The position numbers were made by a program, and so were the translations under genes. Below, in pieces: positions 14,496 to 27,400 of a DNA stretch of 64,000 bases. The notes below the pieces were generated by a model. It saw nothing but the letters and a program-made list of their open reading frames with translations, was not told where the DNA came from and ran no database searches. Origin of the DNA: Chrysomallon squamiferum (taxonomy: Eukaryota; Animalia; Mollusca); NCBI GenBank assembly GCA_012295275.1, contig CM022670.1, positions 17,732,001 through 17,796,000 on the forward strand, read 5' to 3'. How positions within the stretch are numbered: position 1 is the first letter of the stretch; every line of letters begins with the position of its first letter.

Positions 14496-15175
14496 TTATC
14501 TGTTTTGCATAAAGGCTTTCTGTAAAGGTATTCAAACACATAATATTTTCAAGATTTAACGCAGAATTAATAAATTCACATAAAAATAAAATTGATGGTA
14601 GATACCCAAACATTCAGTATAATTACTGGCTAATCCTGTGATTATTCTTAACTTGTATTTAATCCAGATTTTGTACCGCGCAGAACACAGCTCATTTGCT
14701 TCAAGCCATACACATTTATACATTTTACAACATTTGCCAAATCTGAATATTTTCTATAAAAAACAACACGATACGGTTTTAATTTTTATTTTAATTTTTA
14801 ATTTTTATAAAACTGTAATTATGAATCACTCAGTTGTTTTTTTCAGTCATTATCTGTGTATATGTCTGACATACTAATTATTTAACTTTTGTACTGGTGA
14901 AAGTATGATTTAATATTTCATGGAACAAACTTCTATACAATATTACAAACGAAGAACTCAGAATAAAATATTAAAATATTAAAGAAATTCAGTTAATTTA
15001 TACGTTTTCTTTTCACCCTCTCTTTATTATAGAGAATCGTGAGAAGAAAATGTGAAGAGTATTTTTATTATCTATAAATATAACTAACAGAGAAGGGTAA
15101 TAAATAATCTGGAACGTTCAATGATCTCTGTTTTGGGCACAGAAAAAGTGAAACAGTAAAATTACTCATCCAACT

Positions 15176-15413
15176 GAAATAAAACAAATTTCAAATTAAA
15201 TCTACTGAGCGAATTTAAAACAAATTTCAGACTAAACCAGTTATAAGTAAATTTTAACAAATTTCCAACTAAAGCTACCATTATTAAATTTAAACAAACT
15301 TCACATTAAAGTGGTATTAGAAAATTTCAACAAATTTCAGACTAAACTTCTACTATAAAAATGTTTTAACGAATTTTAGACAACAAAACTGCTGTTAGAA
15401 AATTTTAACAAAG
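15176..15413. repeat. Degenerate 36-39-bp minisatellite, ~6.5 units
   Basis: Core AAC(A/G)AA(T/C)TT recurs at 15183, 15219, 15256, 15293, 15329 and 15368, with a partial copy at 15407. Confidence 0.85.
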
Positions 15414-15967
15414 TGAGAGTTTCTAAAAGGACTCTAGCTTCTCCAGATGTTTATGAAATTAGAAAGGTATTAGGATCGCCTCTTGGTGACAGCTCCTTCC
15501 AGAGTTTTCTTCTTCTGAACGTCTAACCAACTTGGACTGCCAGCCAAAGCAGAATCACTCATCTTTTATTGCTCTCGGGTTTTGATGTTGAAAATTAATT
15601 AAACGTTATTTCAATTAATACATTAACTGGTTTTATTTTATTTTATTTTATATATATATATGTATAATATTTTTACCTGGTACCAAGTTACGATTTCTGT
15701 ACCCACCAACCTTGAATCCCATGACTCAATCACAAAACTAGGTAACTGCTACTTAACTTTCTAGTACACTTAATTATAACTTTTTATGATACTTATTAAA
15801 ATACCAAGAACTTCTTCAGCAAATGAAATTACTACGAGGCATTTGTAATCTTTAAATAGTGGACCGAGGCAAATATTTTTTGTTTTAATGAAATTTTATG
15901 CGTAAACAGGAAAAGTTCAGACAGTGTAACGATTGCTTGACTGAAATGGAAAAATTAAAACAGATTT

Positions 15968-16033
<66 letters not shown>

Positions 16034-16255
16034 GTAATAATAAATTTAAAAAGTTGGAAAACAAAAGTTAAATTTATTAAAATTTATAAGGCGATCGTGA
16101 AATATTAGTTTATGTTATCATTTACAAAATATACAAAAAAATCTTCGGCAATTCAAATACAAGTTCTGTTTGTTGTCCTTAGAAAGAATCAGCAAACACT
16201 GTATTAATTAACGACTGTGTTTGTTTGTTATTAGTTTGTTTCTTTGTTTGTATAT

Positions 16256-16310
<55 letters not shown>

Positions 16311-16455
16311 TTAGTTAGTTACTTTATCTATTTTATCTATTTGTTTATTCATTCATTAATTCGTTCGTTCGTATGTTTTTTATTTATAAATTTATATAAT
16401 TATTTATTTATTTCATATGCATTTTTTGGTTTAAATATTTATTTATTTATTTATT

Positions 16456-16521
<66 letters not shown>

Positions 16522-16844
16522 TATCGTATGTAAGTTAAAAAAGACAAAAGTAAATAATGCAAAAAGAAAAATCAGTTTTCGTCTTGTATTCTGTGTAAAA
16601 ACATTTTATTACAAATGATAAATTAATAAAAAAAATTATATCTGTTACAGAATTATTGAGACAACAAAAATCAGGAAAATATTCATCTTTATTTCATTCA
16701 GTTTTTCGTCTATCTTACTTTCTTTCCACCTAACAGTGGTTTTGTTTCTGTAATTTTGTTTTTCTTTTTTGGTAATTATAGATAATAAAAAGGAAAATAT
16801 TCATGAATTATTAAACTTGACTCTTCTATATCATGCTAATTGTT

Positions 16845-16891
<47 letters not shown>

Positions 16892-17397
16892 ATAATAATA
16901 ATAGTAATAACAATAACTACAGTAACACTGTCAATAACAGACAAACAACAGCAACAACAACAAAAAACTAAACAAATATTATAGACGAACGAGTTGAAAA
17001 AATACGTAAGTAAGTAAACATTTCTCTCCCTGTCTGAACTGCCATACATAACGTAACGTAACATAGCTTCTACTGCTAACTCTTTTGCTAGCTATCTGCT
17101 AATGGTTGCATCTTGATGTATATTTCTAAGAGATAAAACACGTTATAAAAATACCATCAGCCTTCATCGCGCATTCACCTAAGTATGCATTATGTACATC
17201 ATTACGTGAGGACTGGAGCCCGCAGCCATACATTAACCTTCAATAACAAGCTAGATTAGTGCTAATATAACATTATAACACGTCTCCCACCACACTTTCA
17301 TATTTCATTTATCACAGAGCAAATCTCTGAACAAAACAGTGGCAGGTTATTTTTAAAATTGTCTTTCCGTTTTAAGTCAGATCTCTCTCTCTCTGTT

Positions 17398-17577
<180 letters not shown>

Positions 17578-18269
17578 CGCAAGTATATAATAATATATGT
17601 GTATGAGTTTGTGTGTGAGTGTGTGTGTACCAGACTTGTTGAAATGTTATCAGTTTTGTAAAACAAATAAATAAACAAACAAACAAATAAATAAATAAAT
17701 AAATGCAAATAACATTTCTTCACACAAATAGCAGTTATATTTTTTAACTTTTCAAATATTTCCAAACTGAAATTTATAAAAAAAAAAAAATGTTAACTAT
17801 TAAAAAATTCTAGCAAACATCCTCATAATAATTTTTTATTTATCTATTTTAGTGAACATGAAAGCTAAATTACATATTTAGACATAAAAATAAAATTAAC
17901 TTAAGTAAAGGCGAAGTTGCAAGAAACTTTTCAAATTTCATTTTGTAATTTATTAAAATAAATAAATGAATTCTCTTCGGAATAATAAAGAAACATGAAT
18001 GAAATTATTTTCAAAGTAACTATTTCTCAGAAAACCTGATATAATTTTGTTTTTCTTGATATTTTTTGTATTTAAGGTTTCTTTAGAAAGTGGGTATTAA
18101 AAAAATAATAATAATAAAATAAATAAATAAAAATAAAAATCGCAACCAATAAAAATTGGACTGGTAAATTATTTGTAAGTTAAGATAGTTCAGAAAGATT
18201 ACGATCATAAAAAACAAAAAAACAAATTTTTTTATTTTTTTAAAAATTATAAATAAAAATAAATAAAAC

Positions 18270-18920
18270 TAATCCCCCGCGAATTTCCCCAAACTGCAAA
18301 AATGTACGATGGTCATTTCTAGTGTTTCTCTATTTCTTTGCTTTCCCGCCGTTTTCACGCGCCAATTCAAGTTTCACATTGCTAAGTGGCGGAATATCTT
18401 GTGTGTAGAGAAAAACACTCTTTGTTTGATTCTCAAACTTGCCGCGAGACCACGCCACGAAAACACCTGCCTTTTGCCCTATTATCTTGTCAACATTCAT
18501 AAAACGATGATCGAAAAATTGTCCAGCGACTATCGCTTGCTTTCCTACTCGTAATGGACGCACCAGCCAAAGAGGAGATTGCTTCTTCAATATTTAATTC
18601 CCATCAAATATTATGGTCCTCCCGGCAACATCCCTTTCCAGAAATCTAATTGCGTGACCCCGAGTCAACTGTTATCAAGCGCGGTCTGGGCTCATTTGGG
18701 GTGCATGTTCGTGCACAAGCTGCAAATTGACATTGACGGGCTCGTTAAGCGACTTCAGTTATTGATACGCGACTGATGTCGGCCGCTTCTTGTCACAGAC
18801 CCAGTGTCGAGTGTCAGCTTGCATCGTTTGGTTATTTCTCTACGTCACATTCCCAGTTCCTTGGTTATCTGCCGTTATGACGTCGTATTAGTTAAAAGTT
18901 TGGGTTACGTTCGTTAAAAT
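18270..18920. promoter_or_regulatory. CpG-retaining non-coding island, putative enhancer
   Basis: High-complexity, CpG-rich, with TAATGG/TAATTG and TGACA motifs; no supported ORF. Confidence 0.4.
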
Positions 18921-20459
18921 GTTGCAGATGTTTAAGAACAGTATTACGTTGACAAATAACAACGTATAGCACTATGGCAACAGTGTGATAAAGAATTACT
19001 ACTGCTACTACGACGACTGCGTCTACTACTAACAATAATAACACCGCTATTACACTATCACCACTACACCATAAAGTGAACCCAATAATAACAACAAACT
19101 AAATGAATAACATCTGTATATTTTTTACGTATATATATCGAATGTATGCCTTTCACCGTAATAGAAATATTATATCTTCTTATAAAATCACGTCATCGGT
19201 AATGTTTTAATAATTTATTTACAGTTAGAACATTGGATAAACATTAATAACAGTAACAAAGAACGACGATGACAACAACAACAATAATAATAAAAATAAC
19301 AACAACAGTAACAATAATAATCTAAAGTCATCTAAACTTTTCATTCTTCATCCATCCATGTATACCTTGACAACCATGTTTATAACTGCGTGACGTCATA
19401 CTATTATTTATTATTGCAGACAGCGTCATTTCTAAGTAAGACAAATACATTTTTGTTATAAATAATTAAAAATTTTAGATATCATCGTTTGAATGTCAGG
19501 AGATTTGGTAAGCTATAGCTTCACACACCACAGGTAAGTCCGTTCATAGGAAATTAGTAAACAATAGTTTATTTTTGAATAATAATAATACAAAAATGTT
19601 TATAAAAATCACTAGCAGTCTTTCAACCGTCTTTTCACTGAAAGTCTGTTTTTTCATTTATAAACGAAAACAGTACTATATTGACATAGATAGATAGATG
19701 GATAGACAGATAGAATAAGATAGATAGATAGATAGACAGATAGATAGATAGATAGACAGACAGCTAGTTATACAGAGATATATATATATATATATTTAGA
19801 AAGACAGACATACAAACAGAAACAAATAGAAAAAGAGACAGAGAGACACAAAGAGAAACAGACAGGGAGTGAGGGAAACAGAGGTGATAAAGACACAGAG
19901 TATCGGAACACGACGTATCAATATACGTTTTTGTCGTTTCTTCGTGTTTGACTGATTTAACACACGAAGAACCTTTAAAACGACGCCTCTCACTAACTGA
20001 ACAGCACTGAACACACGAAACAACATTTACATTCCATAACAACTTCTTTCATCACTGACACATTCGCACTTCCACCTGGCGGTATTTAACTCTGTCAAAC
20101 TCCGTTAATGTTCCCCTGCACACCAAGTCAAAAACCAATCAATCACTTGCTCTGAGCGGGCGCCATTTTTTGTAATAAACCGTTATAAGTTTCCGTCGTG
20201 ATAAAGATACCGTTACATTGCCCGCTTCTGTAGATACTTCTACAGAAGAACTCTGATAACGGTAAATGGATAGTTGTTTCTGCAGCGTACACACGTAACG
20301 CGGTTTTCCCTTTGATGTTAACAAAAAGTGTTTAACAACGCCTGGACGTTCTATTTACTTCCAGCGAGAAATGTGAACGCTTAAAAGGATGCTGACGTCT
20401 GGACAATGTGGAAGACAGTAATGTGGAAAATCGTACACAGACAGAAATTCAGAGATACA

Positions 20460-20482
20460 GGCAGACAAATAGACAGATAGAT

Positions 20483-20513
<31 letters not shown>

Positions 20514-20630
20514 TAGAAGGATAGACAGTAGAAATATATACAGATAGATAGATGGACAGACAGACAGATAAATAAATAGATAGAAAGTCGACAGATAGAT
20601 ATATAGATGGAATCTAGGTAGGTAGGCAGG

Positions 20631-20667
<37 letters not shown>

Positions 20668-20760
20668 GGATAGACATAGACATATATATATATATAGATA
20701 TAAAGATCGACCGATAGATAGATAAACAGACAGATATACAAAGATACAGATGCACAGACA
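20460..20760. repeat. Degenerate (AGAT)n/(AGAC)n tetranucleotide tract
   Basis: Direct reading. Confidence 0.92.
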
Positions 20761-21581
20761 GAGAGAAACGGATATATACATGAATAGTCAAATAGAGAGA
20801 ATGGATGAGAAAGATAAGAGAAAGAGAGAGAAGACAAGTGAGTGGTTTCTGGATGTTCTGTTTTCTGCAGACGTCTGCCGTGTGAGCAGATGTAGTAACA
20901 TTAGCACGTCTTGTGTGAACTGACCGCACAGGATGTTTCTGCGCGAAGCTAAATAAACCGCAAATAGTTTGTCGTATGTATAAATAATAATACACAGATT
21001 TTAATGGATAGGCGTAGAAGGATAAATACAGGGGAACGTGAAACCAGCGTACCTCTACATTTATACACATACATACATATACACATACATACATACATAC
21101 ATATACACATACATACATACATACACATATACATTTATAAGTTAGTAGTGGTACTACATAGTAGTATGGTGTGATTTCATGGTTGTAGTAGTAGTAATAG
21201 TAGTAGTTACAGCAGCAGCAGCAGCAGTGGTGGTAGTAGTAGTAGTAGTAGAAGTAGTAGTAGTGGAATATCTATCAGGCCATTTATTCTGAAAGGATTC
21301 AAATTCTGGGAATAAGGCTTCATACGTATATACATCTATATCTATATATATATATATATAACAATAAAAAGAATGAAACTGTTTAACACAAATAAATTAT
21401 TACACACAAAAAGGCAGTTTTCAAAATGTTCTGGTTTGTAGCAGTGGTTTGTAGTATTGGTGGTGGTTTGATATTAGTTACAGTGTACTGATCATGATTT
21501 CGGTATTGTTAACAACAATTTAGAAACCAGCTTTGATATTAATTTTCCTATTACGTGTAACCAACATTTCAGTATGGTACA

Positions 21582-21836
21582 TATCTGTACAAATATAAAA
21601 CTCCCCTATCTGTACAAATATAAAATGAGCATTCCCCAACTGTACACATATGAAATTCCCCAGTTGTACAAATATAAAATTTGCCTATCTGTACAAATAT
21701 AAAATGAGCATTCCCCTAACTGTAGAAATATAAAATTCCCCTAGTTGTGGAAATATAAAATTCCCCTCTCTGTACTAATATAAAATGAGAATTTACCTAT
21801 CTGTACAAATGTAGAATGAGCACTGACCTATCTGTC
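21582..21836. repeat. Minisatellite with 24-25-bp and 30-31-bp monomers and ~80-bp higher-order structure
   Basis: TGTAC-like anchors at 21586, 21611, 21641, 21665, 21690, 21721, 21746, 21771, 21802 and 21833. Confidence 0.92.
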
Positions 21837-22244
21837 TTAGCTAACGTGACATGAGTAAATATTTCTAACACAAGTAAACACAGACACGCTGAATTCGACA
21901 AGAACTCCATCCAAACACTTAATACGTACACCTTATCTCCCAGTCTGACACTGCGCTGTTAACAATCAATTTAACAAGAGTTATTGTGTGTATTAGGTTA
22001 CAAATTGTGTGTTTATTACGACCAGTAGCTTAAAAGCATTTACATATATGTAGTTATGTGTGGTGATTTCGCGCATTCACTTTCTGCACGGTTAACGTGT
22101 AGGTTTTTGTGAAGTGAAGTCGTCACGTGATGTAAAAAGAAAGTTTAATTAATTTAAAACTGGAACTGCAGAGAGAGTGGAATAGGATTTGTTGAATTTT
22201 ATGAATTTAGGAACATTTAATTTTTAATGTCTAATAGCAGTAAT

Positions 22245-22323
<79 letters not shown>

Positions 22324-22369
22324 ATAGCAGTAGTAGGAGCAGCAAAAGCAGCAAAAGAAAAAATGACAG

Positions 22370-22422
<53 letters not shown>

Positions 22423-23075
22423 ATCTTATGAAATACCGAAAAGAAATTAAAAAAACAAGTAAACAAACAAATAAATAAACAAACAAACAAACAAACAAAT
22501 AAATAAACAAATAAATAAACAAACAAACGAACAAAAAACAATCAAAATCTTCTAGTGTTTTAAATAGCTGAAATGACGATGATAATAAAATTCACACAAG
22601 TGTTTGAGTAACGAATGACAAGCACACGGGAGACAGGACACACGCTGCTATATATTTCTCATTCCAGTGTTTAAAAAAGAATTTGTGACAGTTTGTTCTT
22701 TTGTCTAGTGACAGTTTCTCTATTTCGGTGCACGAAAAAGCTGATATATGCGTCATTCTCCTGGTACACATCCCTTTCCTTCAAACAAAGCACCTGACTT
22801 TTATAGGTAACGCACAGGATATAAATCAGCTCGGAAATCCAGCACAACAGACAGAAAGTTCGTTTGAAATCAACAGCCAGGTTAATTACGCGTGATGCTT
22901 TAATCCGATCCACCAACATTACTCTTAATAATTACCTGATAAAGATTAACGCACCTGGATGGATTAATATACCGTGAATGATTAACACACATTTATAGCA
23001 ACAACAAAAAAATATATATAAAAGAATAAAAAGAAAATATTTTATATCAACGTAGCTGCTATAAAAATAAAACAA

Positions 23076-23106
<31 letters not shown>

Positions 23107-23502
23107 AAAAGATGAAACTGATTGCATTTACTGATAACCCATTGAATTCAAGGCTCTCTTTTCGCTCCTTTTCCCTCGAGACGTAATTCGTTTATTGTTT
23201 TATTTCTTTTCTACGCTATTAAGACCACTGGGTAATGGACACCACACCTGCTGTAACAGGTAAGATATCTAGGTGTGATATCGATGACGCTGGGCTCACT
23301 TTGAAGTCGTTCTGGAAATAACGGTATAATGCTCTTCCAGTGAAAATATGCCAGGGGGGGCGAAATTCATTGTATTGTGTGTGTGACAAGCAAAGTCATA
23401 AACGTGAAATTACGTCTATAGTGAAACATTTTAAATGTATTGTTTAATATGTATGTTGATTACGTTCAGAAATTGAAGAAGAAGAAGAAGAATAACGATA
23501 GC

Positions 23503-23567
<65 letters not shown>

Positions 23568-23658
23568 CAACAACAACAACAACAACAACAATCTAATGTT
23601 ACCTGTTGTAACTACATTTATTATTGCCTGACGTTATACTATTGTTTTCTCATTACAG

Positions 23659-23679
23659 ATAACGTCATTTCTGTTTAAG
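23659..23679 (+). other. Candidate 21-nt microexon of an unidentified plus-strand transcript
   Basis: Branch-like CTGAC (23628-23632), tract ttgttttctcattaCAG, and donor AAG|GTAAGA. Open only in phase 0 (ITSFLFK). No host gene identified. Confidence 0.2.
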
Positions 23680-24369
23680 GTAAGAAATAAATAAAGAAAG
23701 AAAGAAGAAACATAAGATAAAACAAAATATCTATTCTTGATGTTTAATTTTTTACTTTTTTCTTCTTTCTTTCTGAGCTTTACAAAACTACTATGATAAT
23801 GTCATTTATAAGCAAGATACTTCGAATAACCATTACTTCAAAGTTACTATAACGACATACTTTAGCAAAGATGTAGAAATCAGTAGATTTTTTAAATTTT
23901 TGTTTGAAAATAAAATTGACGGCGACTGCTACTTTCTGATTATTATGTTTCTATTCCAGAAAATAAAAATATAAAAATATGTGTGTGTGTGTATGTGGTA
24001 ATAAAAAATAAATAAATAAATAAATAAATACATTACGTATATTTACTAAATTATCAGATACAGACACAGATATATGTTGCTATTTTAAAATATCATAACA
24101 ACAACAGAAGAGACGAGAAAATGTTTTATGAGAGTTGAAAAATTACAAACATCAGTTTAAATATTTAAATTACTCTTTTAAACTGAATTTAAAACAATAT
24201 ATTTATTTTATTACGCTATCGTATTCACGTAGATAATTAGCTTAGTGCCTTTGTTATCATCACTTCAGCTGCGTCTACTACTTTTGTTGATGCTCATGCT
24301 GCTACTGCCATTACTTAAATTACTGTTGTTGTTATTATTATAAATTAATGAATTAATTTATCTTTTTAC

Positions 24370-24451
<82 letters not shown>

Positions 24452-27400
24452 TACTACTATTACTATTATTATTAATTAATTAATTAATTTATTTATTATT
24501 TTATTTAATTTTATTTAATTTAATTTTATTTTTTTAGTTAACAAGTATTTTTTATTCTCATTTATTTAAAGGTAAAGAAATTAGACACAGAGACATTTTA
24601 ACAAGGTTTACGACAGAAAAAAAGAAAAAAGCAAAAAAAAGCAGAAGAAATAAATAAAATAATTCATGTTTGCGATACCTCAAGTTTAATAACAAATATA
24701 ATTTCTTTATCGTCACCGATAGTTAATGATTACTTCTAACACCGGTGAAACTTACAAAACAAAACAACCAACCAAATAACCTCGATTGTATTATCGTGTG
24801 TTGATCTTATCGTGTGTGTGTGTATATATATATATTATAATTATTACTGCTGTTGTGATATTTTTCTTCACTATTTTAATGTATTATACGGACACACGCA
24901 CCCACGGACGCATTACCCGTCGGCTCCTAGTACTTCTGACACTAATTTATTAGATTTTTATTAAACGATACGATCAGTTTTACATTTATTAACAACTGCA
25001 AATATCGCTGATTTTCACTTATTGATTTGTTCCACGAAAACAATACGTATTATTTTTTTATTAGTATAGGACAGTGACGTCTCGGCTCGTTAAACGAGCA
25101 TTGTCTTCGCGATATCAGATTTCATTTAACACATGGTCCCCTTGGTTATCGCGCCGGGGACTGCCACCAGTATTGAACAAGAGAACAAGGCGTGAATTTC
25201 TGAGAACACCCAACAGGAAAATAACCGTCATACCGTGAAGACGCACACGTACGTTACGGACAAATGACTGGTGTAAGTGGGCCGGTTACAGAAATGAAAT
25301 GAACATGTAAATTGACATCCTTTTTAATGACGGGAGAAATGCGACAACAGAAGTTTTTATGTCAATTTAATTATATGAAAATGAAAAGTTTATTAAGATT
25401 ACGAAATGATGATAATGAAATAGCTGCTGCAGTATGAAAAAAATTAATGTTACGGTAATAATAATAATAATAATGATAATAATAATTATTGTTGTTATAT
25501 TATTATTATGCCGACAATAATAACAATACTAATACTACTGTTTTTATTACTGTTACTACATCTATTACTAATAATAATACAACAATAACAACTGCTGCTA
25601 TTACTAATAATAATAATATGAATAATAAATAAATTAATTAATTAAAATAAACAATGTAACAATACCCAAGGAAAGAAATAAAATAATAAAAGAATATTAC
25701 AAACTAAAACAATAAAGATATTTTTAGAATTATTTATATACCATGAATAAAAAGAAAAACAAGAATATATAAATGAAAATAAATATTTTTTTCTTTTTCA
25801 CTTTATAATTATCCTCTTCATCAAACATAATCGGTTTTAATATTTTCATTTTACGTTGACCTGTTTGTTTTTCTATCATAATTATTCTGCTGTATTCGAA
25901 TTTGTTTTTCATTTAAATAAATGATAAAAAATATCTGAAGAGAAACTAAATAACATTTCTGAGAACATACCAGATTAAAAATATAATATATATAATGCTA
26001 TATAGAAACAAAGAGAGAGATAATAAAGAAAAAAGAAAAGAAATAAAGAAAATTAAAGCACTACTATATCGATCAACATATCTGTTAAGAAATACACTTT
26101 ACGTCCCACACGTGTTACGTTGAAACGTGACAAAGCGAGAGGGACAGAAGACATTTGTTCTGCGTCATCTTACACCGAACTACGACGTCTTTATTTCACA
26201 AGACGAAACACAATCTACGACTCTGTCACACCTGTACGACTGGTCTTTGATTCGTGCTGCGTGTAAGATTCAATATTTTACTCTCCACGTCACGGGTACC
26301 TGTCTAAGACGACTGATTGCCGAGATCGCGTTACGCTGAACAAAACAGCGTTCAGGATATAAAGAATATGCTTTGGATTGCAAACTACGGTCTTAGAGCG
26401 AATTTGCACGTGCATCTCGATGCAGGTTCGTCGTATTTACGACAACCATCATCTTTAGAAAATGTTTTTGTCATCTGTCATTGTTGGGAATGACTCTTTC
26501 TAGTGAAATTCTAATTTCAGGGAATAAAAAAAAAAAAAAAAAAAAATGGAACTAATGGTTTTCCGGAAAAACCCGAAACTTGGTTTCCGTGTTTCAGTTT
26601 TCTAACTGTGACAAACGTGAAGCAGATGATAAATTTTTATCTTCAGGTGATGTTATAAAAAAAAAAAATGAAAAAAAAAGAAAAAGAAGAAGAAGACGAA
26701 TACAGTTTTAATTACATATTTGGACTTTGTTAATTTATTTATATGCTGTTCTGTTAGTACAAGAAAATTAATATATATTAAAGTGAAAAAATAAAAGAAG
26801 GATAAAAACAAAAACAAAAAAATCAAAAAAAAACAAATAAGCACATGAAATAAACCTACCTATCAAAATAAAAAAAAGTTACGCACACAAAAAATAATAA
26901 GCAAACAAAAGGTCAGCACTAATTCATAAACTGTTATTATAATGCGTCATTCCTTTGTGACGTAATATAATTATATAAATACATTTGCTTCCTTACTTGC
27001 TGATTACTTATTTATTAATATCCAAGTTACATCTTTATAACTCTCTGGTGTATATGAATAAATGAATAAATAAAATAATAAATAAATAAAATAAAATAAA
27101 ATTGTTGCTGTTTATTTTAAACGTCTTATAGTTCTACAAAACTTTTAATGCTATATCTAGGCAACGATATAATGTTTTATAAATAGGCAGTTAATATTTT
27201 AAAATAATATGAAAAAAAAATATAATAACAGAAATCAAAAGCAACATTTTTAACCATCTATTTGAATAAGACTGTCAAAGTTAATTTTATGTAAAAAAAA
27301 ATAAATATATATATATATAAAATGTACAATTTTCTTTATATAATATATAGTGGAAAAACAAAAAATTAAATTGAAAATTTTAAAAATGTTGGAGATAAAA

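Noticed and set aside
15176-15413. CRISPR-like repeat-spacer appearance
   Set aside because: Eukaryotic context, degenerate repeats, spacers of only ~11-13 nt that are mutually related, and no cas genes.
18858-18910. miR-9-like sequence TCCTTGGTTATCTGCCGTTATGA (18/23 to miR-9-5p as I recall it) with a faintly miR-9-3p-like word downstream
   Set aside because: There is a mismatch in the seed and the arms pair poorly, while real miR-9 is nearly invariant. Chance or an unprovable relic.
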